DNA of 64,000 nt. It comes from Lama glama. Its lineage: Eukaryota. Of this stretch, positions 40,551-54,760 are shown one piece after another. The first letter of the stretch is position 1. Each line of letters opens with the position of its first letter. A program made the position numbers and the translations under genes. The notes under the pieces were generated by a model, which saw only the letters and a program-made list of their open reading frames with translations, did not search any database and was not told the origin of the DNA. Location of the stretch: assembly GCA_028534125.1 (NCBI GenBank), contig CM052817.1, positions 88,972,001 to 89,036,000 of the forward strand, written 5' to 3'.

Positions 40551-43500
40551 TTGATAGACAAATCTAAGGTTGTCAGGATAAGGCTTTGTGTAAAACTATC
40601 ATGTAAATATCAGAAATGTATAGTAGCATAATGGAATTAATTATTTAATTCAGAAATAGTTATTGTTACCATACATTGTGTTAGAAATACTATGGAGAAC
40701 AAGAGAGAAAATTTTTGCCCTCAAAGAGTTTTTATTGTAATTGGGAAAGTAAAAAATAAATAAATATTAATTTCTAGATACTGCATATTCTACCTGGCAT
40801 CATATTTTTAAAAGCAGAATCTTCTTATTAAGGGACTTATATTCCTTTAGGTCTTTTAAAATGGGAGGCAATGGAATAACATGAGAAATACTCCTTGAAC
40901 AATTTTAACACAAAATAAATACCTATTCTACGTGTAATTGGTCCAGAAATAAAATGTATGGCTTATCGACATTCAATATTTTTATTAAAACAGAGAGACC
41001 TGTGTTACATACAGAATTCCTTGATGACATGCTTTGCTTTCACTTAAATAGTAGTTACAATGGAAGGGGCCACGGGGTACCAGGCTTGTGTTTCAGGAGG
41101 CTAAAGATGGGAAAATATGAAGATACTAATCAAATATATCCCTTAGCTATATGGTTGTTGACTCCCCTGTTTCAAAACATGCAGAATAAAACCTTTCTGA
41201 GCATGTGGCTATAATTTAACAATACAGAATAACTCTGTTGTGTTTACAGTGTTCTTCTGAACTGAGGTTATCAGATTGGTCAGTTTTGTGATTGTTAGGT
41301 TTCAAATTCATATTCCCAAAGACCTCTCTTTAAAAAGGTATAAAAAAGCCTTTCAGGTTGTTTAAACAGTACGAACTGTGTACTTGTTAAAATAGTATCA
41401 TAAATAGGATTAATTCTTATTATTTTAGTTATTATCAACTATTATATGTGATTGACAATTAAAGCAAGCCGAAATACTAACATATTTATTCTTATTCTTT
41501 CCCAAACTCCCTTTTTTGTTTAAACATTTAATTATACATAAGCGGTTTTTAAAACAGGAAGATAATTTTGAAACAATTTTTGGTATGTATGGAAGCAAAA
41601 AGCACAATAACAAATATCCTACTTAGTTCAGTGGATTGTTTTTTATACATATTTAAATTAACATGAATTTTTTCAATATTTCTCTTTTAAACAATCACAG
41701 TAACCATATAAATGCTATTGAATGAGCAAAAATATAAATTTTAAACAATTTTTATCCACACAGGAAAAATTTAAATTATATTCATACTTATCACTGATTG
41801 CATACAAATCTTCTAACACATCTTGCATTCTTCCTCGCTTTGAAAATAAAAAAAAAAGTGAATTACAATTATTATAGTAGCTACTCTCCTTACATTTAAA
41901 TACAGAATTCTGAATCAATGACAAGGCCTCAGATTGGTTAGTTTACATAATATGCAGAAGTATAGAATGAGAAATCTGCAGCGTAATTACTGCAGTTGAA
42001 TAATGAATAAATTGTGCATGTTCAAACAAGTCCATTAATGTGACACATAAATTCATGAACATTTATGAGCAATTAATATTCTGAAAGTTAGTGGAAATGA
42101 TTATATTATCTTCCCTAAGGTAAAGTTATTTACATGCTCTGACCAACTTAATACTTCTGTCCTCATACCTTTTATTTTTCTAATAAATGTAATTTTTTCA
42201 TTTAAATCACAAATTAACTTAGTGTCCATAAATTGAGATTTATATTTTTGTATGAAACCACAGGCAGTTAGTTCATCTATATTTAGTATATCTCTGTTAC
42301 CCATTAGACCAAACTAAAGCATAAGTTTCGCTATCAATGATCCTTAATATACCCAAGGAAAATAGTCAAATTCTCAAGACAGTAATTTTTTTTTGTAAAA
42401 AATACCACCTCACAGAATTTATACACTGAATTGGAGCAATAGCAAAGTAAAATATGAAAAAAAAAAAACTTTTCGTTGCTTCAACTTACTGTTATTTCTT
42501 TGATACAGAATTTTTAAACAAAAATATTATTACTAAGCTTCAAAATCTAATAATACCATATTTGACAACCCTTACTTTTCATGGTTGTTTCTGTAAAATA
42601 TCATAATCATTTTTAGAATAAAGATTTGGAATCAGAGAAAACATTTCTGGAATTACTCTGATTCAATTTCAAAGTGTTCAAAAATATTTTTACTATGTCC
42701 TCATTTGTGAATTTAGGTAAATAGCCCACCAGAGAACAATTCTATTAATTTTTATTGTTTCTGATAAACTTTATAAAATTCCACCACAATGTGGACTTTA
42801 TAGGATTTCAAATAATAATTTTAAGAGATTGGTTCCACTCTTTGACTAAACATGACACAATCTCTATATAATAGATATTATTTCTTTAAAACCAGTGGTT
42901 AATCTCACTTCAAGAGCCATATGTGTTTTATTACCAAAACTACAAATTTATTGAAAATACCTTTTTGTAATAAATTTTTCGTTAGCATCTAGTTGTAGCG
43001 AACTTTCTTCTGTTATGGAATGAAAGGCATTAGACACACCATAAGGTTTTTGTCTGAATTTCAAATTAAAAATTCAGAGAAGTCTCAATTGAAAAAATTA
43101 GAAAGATCAATATATCATGAATAAAGTCATCCTTTATTTAGGAGAAAATAGCTTTAATATTTGTTTGAGAATATCTGATTCCCCCCTTGCTTTGTTCTGG
43201 TAACAGAGGCACATACATACACAGAATGTAGATGGTTTTCTTGAGCTCACATTTATTGATTGGGTTGGAGGGAAGGGGGGTTGGAGATGTGGGATAAAAT
43301 CTATAACATGGAATAGCTATAGAATTCATCAAGGCTGCACATGTTTTAAGCAGTAAAACATAATATATAATAAATTGATTTGGGGAATAAGAAGACAGGG
43401 GACATTGGGTGCAGGAATAACACAGAACAATTTTTAAAGAGATGAAATATTATTTATGACATTTATTTTTGCTGACTACCTGCTAGCTGGATGGGTAAAG

Positions 43501-44880
43501 TCTACAAAAGGACAGAGAACATCAAGATGAAGGGCAGATAACTATATGAATCAAGGCAACAACAAAGAAATTTGATTGGTACAGAGGGACTAAAGTGGAC
43601 TGACTAAAACATAGTATTGTTGTTCAAGAATTATAAAAAAATATATTGGAAAGAAAAATTTGTAAATAACTCTAAATATTTAATAATGATAATAATAAAA
43701 AAAAAACTGGCTATTGCTTTGTATTAAATGCCATATAGACCAAAGATTTTTGAACCTGTATCTCAGTATATATGTGATAAACAAGACTAATAGCATTTGA
43801 GAATTTGGAAAACATGTAAAGTAAGTTTGTAGCATTGTTATGACTTTGAGCAAAGAAAGGAGGAGGAAAGGGTAAGATCTAACTCAGAAAATGATGTAAT
43901 AGACAAAGTAAAGAAAATCCAAGTAAATGGGAAAACGAAAAATTTTTTTAACACTGTATGTGCTAATCTAATATTTCAGACTATTAAACACCTTTTTGAA
44001 TGCAAGAGGAAACACAGATGAAAAATAATAAATCAGGACTCTCAAGTCCACTGCTATCACTTCAGTCAATATCAAGGCAAGGTTTTTTGGAGTGAGAGAG
44101 TAGTATGATTGTAATTGTCATAAACTATTATACATATATATGGAAAATATTAAGAATCTCCGAAAGAAATGTTCATAATAGGAAAGGACTCATAAAATAA
44201 AAGCACTTTAGAATTAAGATTGATCTTAAACATACTAAGGAGGAGAAAAAAAACTATTAAAACTATTAAAAATTCACCTCAGTGTTTTTTTTTTTTTTTC
44301 ACCTCAGTGTTTGAAAGCAGAAATCCACACATCATAGAAAATTCTCTGCAGCTTGTCAAATCAGCCTCCATAAAAGAACATGGCCTCTTGGAGAGCATAA
44401 TGACTTTTATTGTTATTAAAACACGTACTGAGGTAATAGACTGGGCAGATTTGTCCTTCCCATCTAGCTTATAACCTGAAAGCTTCCAAAAAATCCTGCA
44501 TAACAAGATCATCAATCTTGTGGCTATGAGCTACTGAATGCCAGTGTGTATCATATCAACAGAAAGACAGCAGAATAGGTGGCTGTCAAGCGAGCAGTAT
44601 TTAGTGAGGGACAGAAACATAAATTCTCAACAGGAAATTATAGACAGAAAAGTTGAGAAAGTTAATTAAAGGCATTTTTTAAATTTAAAATATATATGCA
44701 TATATATTTATACCCATAAATGTATATATCCTTTATATGAGTTTATTTTATATGGCATATAGTACTAAATATTTTAAATGTAATTAAAAACTTTTATCAA
44801 GATTATTCTGTAAGTGTACATAGTCTAAATTGTATATAAACATTCACATTTGAAAAATATTTATTATATCACATTCATAA

Positions 44881-45902
44881 ATTTTTGCAAATGAAACCGA
44901 CAAAGGCTTGATCTCCAGAATATATAAGCAGCTCATACGACTCAATAAGAAAAAAATAAACAACCCAATCCAAAAATGGGCAGAAGACCTAAACAAGCAA
45001 TTCTCCAAGGAAGACATACATATGATCAACAGACACATGAAAAAATGTTCAGTATCGCTAATTATCAGAGAAATGCAAATCAAAACTACAATGAGGTATC
45101 ACCTCACACCACTCAGAATGGCCATCATTCAAAAATCCACAAATGACAAATGCTGGAGAGGCTGTGGAGAAAGGGGAACCCTCCTACACTGCTGGTGGGA
45201 ATGCAGTTTGGTGCAGCCACTATGGAAAACAGTGTGGAGATTCCTTAAAAGACTAGGAATAGACTTACCATATGACCCAGGAATCCCACTCCTGGGCTTG
45301 TATCCAGAAGGAACCCTACTTCAGGATGACACCTGCACCCGAATGTTCATAGCAGCACTGTTTACAATAGCCAAAAGATGGAAACAGCCTAAATATCCAT
45401 CAACAGGTGACTGGATAAAGAAGAGGTGGTATATTTATACAATGGAATACTATCAGCCATAAAAACCGACAACATAATGCTATTTGCAGCAACATGGATG
45501 CTCCTGGAGAATGTCATTCTAAGTGAAGTAAGCCAGAAAGAGAAAGAAAAATACCACATGAGAGCGCTCATATGTGGAATCTAAAACACAAAACAAAACA
45601 AAAAAAAACAAATCATAAATACAAAACAGAAATAGACTCATAGACATAGAATACAAACTTGTGGTTGCCAAGGGGGCGGAGGGTGGGAAGGGATAGACGG
45701 GATTTCAAAATTGTAGAATAGATAAACAAGATTATACTGTATAGCACAGGGATATATACACGAAATCTTATGGTAGCTCACAGAGAAAAAAATGTGACAA
45801 TAAATATATATATGTTCATGTATAACTGAAAAATTGTGCTGAACACTGGAATTTGACACAACATGATAAAATGATTGTAAATCAATAAAAATGTTTAAAA
45901 AA
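44881..45902 (+). mobile_element. Young 5'-truncated L1 with 184-aa ORF2 C-terminal ORF (44908-45462), 3'UTR and 19-bp TSD
   Basis: ORF contains [17 protein letters not shown], the cysteine-rich knuckle [18 protein letters not shown], and [14 protein letters not shown] tattatatcacattcataa at 44862-44880 and 45903-45921; AATAAA and A-tail at the 3' end. Confidence 0.97.
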
Positions 45903-46154
45903 TATTATATCACATTCATAATAGCTTAATATAAATATAATCATCAGCTATTTTTGTAAATATTTTACTAGATCCTCTGGGGAATACAAACTAGGTATCA
46001 TAAACATTTATTATGAGTTGCAATACTGTGACTATATGTTATAAATGACAGAATGGTCTAAACAGGTAACTTAGGTTATAGTACCTAAACATGATGTAAC
46101 TTTAATCAGGTGTCTTCAAAATATCTTGTAATGATTATTAATTATTTAGCCTCC

Positions 46155-46365
46155 AGTAGAGGAAAACACTCTGCTTTTAAAGGGCTCATGTAATTATGAT
46201 ACTAGGCTCATCCAGATAATATTCCTTTCTTAAAGTCAACTGTGCTTATAATGTCACATAATCACAGAACTGATATATATCCAGAGGCTCACCAACACTC
46301 AGAAAGGGTTAGGGGATTTTATAAGACTCAGGTTCATTGGGGGTCACTTAAGAACTCTGTATACC
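46155..46365 (-). mobile_element. MLT1E-like LTR fragment
   Basis: ctctgcttttaaagggctcatg...ccagataat...taaagtcaactg...gggggtcacttaagaactctg. Confidence 0.6.
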
Positions 46366-48317
46366 GAAGTCACCATTAATTAAATCTTTTAAGATAATGT
46401 GATGTCTATAATCAGGTGTCTAGCTACTGAAGGATAGCTGTCAACATCTGTAGATAATTTACAATGTAGATAATTCATGCATTGATAAACATGCTTTGTG
46501 TGAAATAAGTGCATTCTCTCTCTCTGCACCAAAACTACCAAAAGTTAACGTGTTGACTGAGACAAAGCCCTTGAGGTCAGGACATTTTAAACATTTTTCT
46601 AACACAATTATTGAAATATAATTTATTTCTGACTATATTACTGGATTTATTATTGCTGTAGAATGGGAGTGCTGGAATTTCCCCTGTAGACCCAGCTTTC
46701 TTATTTTTTCAAATTTCTATAAAATGCTTATTTTTAAATAAATGTATTAGATTATGGCTTTTAGAACTTAAAAAATATATACAGCTTTGTAATCGTATGG
46801 CCCACCAATATGCACTCCCCCTTTTAGATCCTTAGCAAGTTCAGATAGTAAGGTTCATCTTTGCCTTTTCTCCTCTGCTGAATATTTAAACTATGATCAC
46901 TCTTAGTGGGAAATGAATTCTACAAGTTTACCATCACCATGTAAATTTGCTTAACTACCACTGAGGTATATTTGCCCTGAATTTGTGGGTAATAGAACCC
47001 ACATTTTACAGAGTGATTACATAGCAAAATACAGCATTGCTGCACCCATGATGTTTAGATAATAAATCAGATAGAATATAATGACTTCATATTCCTGGTC
47101 AATAACAGGAATTGCTTTTCACTTAAGTCAAGAAGTTGCTTTCTTATACACTGGAAATGCTCATTATCTTACTCTGTAATTCAGCATGGGGAAAACTCAG
47201 AAGCACAAGGAAAACACAGTTATATAGCCAAGCTGATTGTACCAAAAAAAAAAAAAGTAAAAAATTCAAATAATAAAAGCTTGAATCATGTATTATCAGA
47301 AGAAAGGCCTTTTGCTGAAACTGTTAATAATCATTCTGCTTCTAGAGATTATTTTTTCTTTAAGCATATAAAACTGTTGTTCTGTTTCAAGGAGACAAAG
47401 ATTCAAAATAAGCTGATATAAATGAAAATAGGACAGGGTACCTAGGAAGAAAACTGCCAAGTGTAGGCAAGGAAAGACAAATTCTGCCTGCACCAGAGCA
47501 GAACCAACCTAATAGTTTCTTTCTGGCAAGGCATTGGAAATCAATATTAGAAATGCATTATGTATTATTTACAGTCATTTTGTGCAACTATGCTTAGTTA
47601 ACTACTTGATGAAAAGTATATATACAATTTTGACCCCTGCCCTATGCCCCAGAAATCTGCGTTTAAAAGCCAAATAGACATCTCTGCTTGAAGGCTCAAT
47701 ATACCTCTCACACACAACAGTTTCAAAAAGAACTCATGGTCATTTTCCTGGTTATAAAGCCTCACTTTCTCTCCACCTAAAACTAAATTAGCAACATTAT
47801 AATATGTAACTATAATGGCTAACCCCTCCCCAATATCTTCCTGCCTCTACTTTTGCTTTTGGTTCATTCTGATGCCCACCAACTTGCTGAAGTTTTTCTT
47901 GATTCAATCATTATCTGAAATTATTTCACTTGTTTACACATTGTTTATATAGTATTCTTTCCCTTCTGAATTATGTGTTCTATATTACATCCTGCTTTCT
48001 TCACTGTAGCTTCTTTTTCTTTAAATTTATTTTGAGTAGTGAAAAGTTTCAACTCATAATGGTGACAGGAGTGATTACAAGTGACAGTGCTGACTCTGAA
48101 AGAATGGATAAAGAAAATTCTACTGCTGCATGATGAAAGAAACAGAGGGTAAAAATCAGCAGTTGACTATGGATTGGTAAAGTCATTTGTCAACATGAAA
48201 ATCACAATAAAGCCTGGCCAACAAGAATAAGAATGGCACAACAGAACTGGCTAGAGAATTCAAGAGATTTGAAGAGAAAGGAGACATTTATCAATATGAG
48301 ATCCTAGAAACACATCT

Positions 48318-48995
48318 GTATCAATCAAATAGGAGTAAGAAGTCACACCAATTATTTGAATGAAGAAAATGTATTATTGTAGTGCATTGTTAACTAGGAA
48401 GGAAGTTATGACTGTAAGACAAAAAAGCAAACACTAAGGTATCATGGAGGTCACATTGCTGGCAGAAGGAACCATCCCTAGGGTTGAGGAAAGAGAAGAA
48501 TAGTCTGAAATTATCAAAACCTAGACATTTAAAGAAAGGGCCCCATGGAGATTGTCCCCAGATCTCAGACCTCAGACCTCAGAGGCAGGGGCACTGCTTA
48601 TCTGGAATTGATGTCTGAGCAGGGAGGAGGGTCTCTGTAGGGCCAAGACCCCACCTCTGAAAAAAGGTACAACAAAGCTGGTTCTGCAAGTGTTGGAAAA
48701 ATTGAAAACCGTATTCTCTTGCTGCTATGGAAAAGAACTACTTCTTCTGGAGTGAAGAAGTGTGCCCGGGTAGCAGTCATAGGAACTGCAGAAGTAAACC
48801 AATAGGAAGCCACCTGGATGGAGCAGATCTGTTCTTACTCCTCCATCGTTGCAGCCTCCCTCTCGCACCCCTCATTGGCAAAGTCTAACACAGAGCAGCA
48901 GGCAGAGGAGGAAAGTGGAACACAGAACATCAGACCCAGCAAAAAAGCTAAGACTAGAAGGGTGGGTTTAAATTAGAGGGTCAGTGACTTAATAC
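48318..48995 (-). mobile_element. Ancient LTR-like element (ERVL/MaLR type, unresolved)
   Basis: Purine/GC-richer block starting tgtatcaatca with gcagcctccctct...cattggcaaagtctaac motifs seen in old LTRs. Confidence 0.4.
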
Positions 48996-51020
48996 CAGTC
49001 CAAGTTCTGTAGGGACCTCATATAATGCTGATCTACTTTCAAGCTCTAATTTTCAGAATCTCATATCCATGCTAAATGTTGTGTAACTATGCAGATGACT
49101 TCCTGGTGGTTTTCTATGGCCTGGATAGTTCACAGTACATGATTTTATTTACTCTTTAGAGATTTGAAAGAGTTAAAAATAAGTAATGTGACTTGTAGCC
49201 TTGGAAAAATAGAGTGGAAGGTGAAAGATTGGAGATACATTGTTAAAGTTTGATTCTTCATTATTGCTGTTTCTTATAAATTATTTTTCAGGGATTTTTT
49301 CCCCAGATGATGCAACAATGCAGTTCTTTCTTTTTCATTTTATATTTTATGAATTTTCCAGATTTTCTACACTAAAAATTACATGTTATGTTTACATTCA
49401 GAAAAAGACACACTTGTATAAGAAAGGAAAAAAAAGTAGCTAAAAGATAAAATGACAGTGGAAAATATTTGTAATATATGTAAAATTCAAATAGTATTTA
49501 TGATAATACTTTGACCCCATATAAGTAAAAAATTAAAGAGTATCTCAATATAAAAATGTGCAAAATACATAAATATGCAAGTTGCAGAATACAAGGAGTT
49601 CAACATAAAAACTTAGTCTCATGAATAATCAAGGAAATGAAAACTCAACAAGAAGATACTAACTTTCATCCTTCCTTTCCTTTATTACTGGACCCACGAC
49701 TTGTGTAATTATATAAAAAGTGCTGGGTGTCCTACTACTGTGTGTGTTTGTGTGTGTGTGTTTCTGTGTAATCAAACAGATATTTATGCAGCCTTAATAA
49801 AAGAGGCAATACATTAGAATGATTTTCTTCACTTTTCTCTAATGGATGCTGTGTCCCTAACTAGTCAGTTTTATAGCTAGGGAAAAATAATGACATGTGA
49901 AGTACCTACCACAGTTCTTCAGAAGTAAGTGATGAACACAAAAATCAGTTTTCACCTTCAAATTTCTGAATCCCTTATAGAGAAGGGGATACATACATAT
50001 ATGTGGAGGCAATCACCTATATAAAATGGGTATAAAAAATAAGAGAACAATTATGTATCTTCCAGGTTGCTAAGGCCATGGAAATAAGGTGCACAAACAG
50101 TAAGAGAAAGCTATAAGAAGAAACCAGTGAATTACACCTTTAACTAAAATTATATAAATATGATCATTACAGTTAGACTACTATATCACATAATGTAATA
50201 TACTATATACTATATATAGTATTGTACTTATAGCATTGGATGTATAAATCATTCTCAGTCCAGCCTATAATCATTTTGCTCCATAATTGAAGGTAACAAA
50301 AATTATCAGATTATTCTCTTAGCTAAGGAAGGAGAATCTCAGGTATGAATGTTAAATGAAATATCAAATAAATTATTTGGCAATAAAGGACATATTTATT
50401 CAGCATAAAGATGGCCAAGAGGCTTTATACATTTAGCCACTTACTTTCTTAGATTTTAAGAAAGTGTTAACTAGATTTTGAGGGACAATTAATTACATGC
50501 TAGAATAAGTAACATAGAATCTTGCTTCCCCAACCCTTTATGTAAATAAGTAACCAAACATTGTTTTATATCCTATAGGAAAATATTTATCTTTTAAGAA
50601 AAAGGCATTGATTCATGTTAACATAATTTACCAAATTATGTTACATATAGTGAATGTATTTGTGGTAAATAATTCAAAAATTGCAACAAATTATGTGTTT
50701 ATATGTATCTTAAACTAGAAGTATATGATGGCATTAATAATACAGTCTTTTAAGCTGAGACTCATTAGTGAATAGGTTAAAAAAAAAATCAGTGTATAAA
50801 GGTTCACATTGCCATCTCTGTAGGTTTCATAAAATGGAAATAGATAGTCCCAGATAATTAACAGCCTATGAGTAATTACTTTTTTCCCCACCATACAGAT
50901 AGTCTGAACTCTAGTTTTCCCTTCCTAATGGTGCTTCTTTGACAGCCACCTACATTGCTTCTCCTCCAGAGGTGATGATCAGCCATCTACACTAATCTGC
51001 ACATACATAAAATTGATGAT

Positions 51021-51520
51021 NNNNNNNNNNNNNNNNNNNNNNNNNNNNNNNNNNNNNNNNNNNNNNNNNNNNNNNNNNNNNNNNNNNNNNNNNNNNNNNN
51101 NNNNNNNNNNNNNNNNNNNNNNNNNNNNNNNNNNNNNNNNNNNNNNNNNNNNNNNNNNNNNNNNNNNNNNNNNNNNNNNNNNNNNNNNNNNNNNNNNNNN
51201 NNNNNNNNNNNNNNNNNNNNNNNNNNNNNNNNNNNNNNNNNNNNNNNNNNNNNNNNNNNNNNNNNNNNNNNNNNNNNNNNNNNNNNNNNNNNNNNNNNNN
51301 NNNNNNNNNNNNNNNNNNNNNNNNNNNNNNNNNNNNNNNNNNNNNNNNNNNNNNNNNNNNNNNNNNNNNNNNNNNNNNNNNNNNNNNNNNNNNNNNNNNN
51401 NNNNNNNNNNNNNNNNNNNNNNNNNNNNNNNNNNNNNNNNNNNNNNNNNNNNNNNNNNNNNNNNNNNNNNNNNNNNNNNNNNNNNNNNNNNNNNNNNNNN
51501 NNNNNNNNNNNNNNNNNNNN
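51021..51520. other. Assembly gap (500 N)
   Basis: Run of N. Confidence 1.
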
Positions 51521-53379
51521 TTGGTGTTAACCAGTATGTGTCCATTGAGTAAATGTTTCCTTTTTCAGAAATCTCAAATCTGAATACCTTGATCTTGAAA
51601 TGTGTTTAATCATAGATCTGTAGTATCATTTTCTTTATCTAACATTAAACAGTTTTGCATGTTCTTAATTGGTCTGTCTTTAACCAGAGTGACAAAAGTA
51701 ACTTCAGGCAGTTCTGATGAGATAAGAACAATTTAAGTTTTCTTTTAACAGTCTGATCACAATGGTTTTCATATAATTTCAAGTTTTTATTTTACTTTCA
51801 ATTAAAGTATCTTATTCTAATTTTCACTATGTTTGTATCAGTTACATTGTTGATGTATTTTATTTTGTATTCTTTCAGTGACACTGGCCTTGAAAAAAAT
51901 CAATGATTGGAAAAAGTTAAATTGAAAATAAATATATACATCCAATCCAAATGTAATTAAATTCAAAAGGATAATTCCATAATTATAAAATTATTTTTAA
52001 AGTTACACAATAAATGTTCTCTTTATAAGATGATTTCCAAGCACATGGAATAGATTCAGTATAGTCTACATTTAAAATATGAGCCATTGGAAGACAACAG
52101 CAAAGGACTGATCAAAATTGTATGTTTGTGTCATTACACAGTCTTCTGTTTTATTTTTCTCATGTCCTTTACATCCTGCTTTATATCCTTTGCTCTCAAA
52201 CTCTTCAACTATTTAAACTGTATAATACCCCATGCTCTGCATATTTCCATGCTGCTTCACCTGATACTTACCCATTCTCATTCCCAACATTCCACCAACT
52301 AATCTCAGTAGACACCAGTTATATTTGCTCAGTTTCCTTAAGAGCTGTGTATTAGGTTCAATTGTAGCAAACAAACTAATAAAGTAATACATAAAGATGT
52401 GTTAATTAAAGACCACTAACACTTTTTTGTCATAATTCCTTTACACCATAGGAGTTATTTGAATGGTTGAAAGTGAGATCTGTCAAAATCAATCAACCTA
52501 ATATATGTAGTATGTGAAAAAAAGTAAAAAGGTATATATTATAATGTGTTTAAAGTAATTAGAAACTGATACAGTTGAGCATGTGGATAAATCATAACTG
52601 TGAAACAAGAGCACAATATTCATGGTAACTAAAAATGATATGGATTTATAAAGTCATTTGACAGCTTTGAATATTTGACAAATTTGTGTTGGGGCCATAG
52701 AAGTATTTTTCCTACATTACAGTATCCTTATTGTATAAACTTTTTCTGTTAAACCTATTTTATTCCCTCTATTTCCAGCTAGCTCATGGAAGCCTCATGA
52801 GCTCTCATAAAAATAAATAAATCTCTGGTATTCACTCTGTAACCCAGAGTGGACGATGACATTATCAAACATGTGAGAAATCCCTTTATTTGCATATTTA
52901 AATCAACAATATGATGTTTCTGTCTTTGTGATTACAGACAGAAAGTTTATTTTTAAGGATGGGCCTGAATGCACAATGTCAAAAGTCTTCACTTCATCTC
53001 AGCTTGAGCTGCAATCATACATTTCTTTTTTATTGTATTTATAAGGTGATCCCAGTGCACAGTAATATGAATTTACGCATAAATGACATAAACTATTTCA
53101 TGTCAGACTAGCTCAAAATGCACTTTGAACTTTGTGAAATTTCATCCTGCTAATTCACATCAATGATTGAGTAAATGAGGCAGTAAAGAACTACATTTGT
53201 CTCATAGAGAATGTAGTCTCATAAAGTTCCTGTGTTACAGAAAATGTACGTAAAACTACCATTAAAGGAGAGAGGAACAATATCAACATCAAGTAATGTC
53301 ATATAATGCCTTTCCTTCTTTCCCCTCACCTGATTTGCCTGCTTGTTCTATACACTTATAACTTACCCTTTCCTCTTAA

Positions 53380-54760
53380 ACTTAAAATAATTGAATTTTG
53401 CTAGTAGTTTTGAACCAGTATAATAATCTTTATATTCTAATATAAACTGTAACACATTTACATTTAATGTAAAATTGATATACCTTTTTTTAAACATTGC
53501 CCTAAGATCTGGGCTTAATTTTTCACAACATTTCTGGGGTTTTTTCTTCTTTTGCTCTTATTTTAATAATTTTTTTATCATTCCATTTCTCAGTTTTTCT
53601 GGTGTGGCAACCATATGCGTATTCTGTTCTTTAAATGGTTAACAAGAGATTAAAACATCCACTTTTACTTTATCAAAATCTAATATAACTTGAATTTATT
53701 GCTATTTACCCTCTTCTTGATTTTATAATATTGTTCTAATGCTTTTAACTCAATGTCCATTTTAAACCTGAAATATAGAATTTTATTTTAATATGATGTA
53801 AAGTCATTTAAAAGTACCCACATATTTACCATTTCCATAGCTGTTCATTTCCTCCTGTGTCTCGAAGGTGCCATATAGGAATTAGTTTTTCTTAGTGTTT
53901 TCTTTAATTTATGTTTGATGTTGATACATTCAATAACTTTTTTGCCTGAAAAATTTTTTTTTCATCTTTGAAGGAAATTTTTATTGGCTAGGGAATTGTA
54001 AATTGACATTAATTTCTTTGATTGTCTGGCTAAAGAGGGATATTTCAGTTTAATATTTATTATTTTGAACATAATGATTTTTATCTGGATGTTTTAGAAA
54101 TCTCATTTTTTAAAATGAATTTTAACAGTTCTTTATGAGCACGTAGGTATGAATTTCTGTTTTCATTTTGTTTAAAGATTGTAAGAGTTTCTTGAATCTA
54201 TTGCTTATGATCTGTTTCCCTCTTTGTATATCAATTCAAATATTGCTTCTTCCCCACTCTTCTCTTGTCTGTTTTAGGGACTTCAGATCTTCTAACTCTA
54301 TATTTATTAATTTTTTTACTTTCTTTTTCATCTTATTCTCTTTGTTTCTCTATGATTCATTCTGTGTAGTTTCTTCTGACATATATTTCAAATCACTGAT
54401 TCTCTCCTAACCTATTTAATCAACTATTAAACCATCCTTTAAGATCTTAATATCTTTAATATATTTTAATTTTAAAATACCCATTTTTTTATAGTTTATA
54501 GCTTTTGCATAGAAATTTTAATCTTAAATTTTATATTAATTATAGTAAATTTAGTTATTTTATAATCTGTGTCTGATAATGCCATCACCTGGATGTCCTA
54601 TGGGCCCATCTGTATTGTCTACTCTTTCTTGTTTTGCAATTATGTAATTTTATTTCATTTATGACTAATAGTTTTTGAGTTCTGGATTTAGTGTAATAAA
54701 TGGAATGTAAAATTAGAGGCCTAAGATCATGTTGTTGCACTCCCAAGACAATTTATATTT
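53380..54760 (-). mobile_element. Ancient L1ME-type fragment (ORF1/inter-ORF region)
   Basis: T-rich strand with catatttaccatttcc...ttcatttcctcctgtg, ttcatctttgaaggaaatttt and taatctgtgtctgataat motifs. Confidence 0.6.

Noticed and set aside
44677..44709. Perfect 14-bp and 22-bp palindromes
   Set aside because: Low-complexity A/T and (TA)n sequence; expected by chance or slippage.
50972..51020. Two TGATGA (C-box-like) motifs next to the gap
   Set aside because: No D box or terminal stem is visible, and the sequence is cut by the gap.
50979..51552. Long ORFs of 188 and 179 aa
   Set aside because: Artefacts of translating through the 500-N gap.
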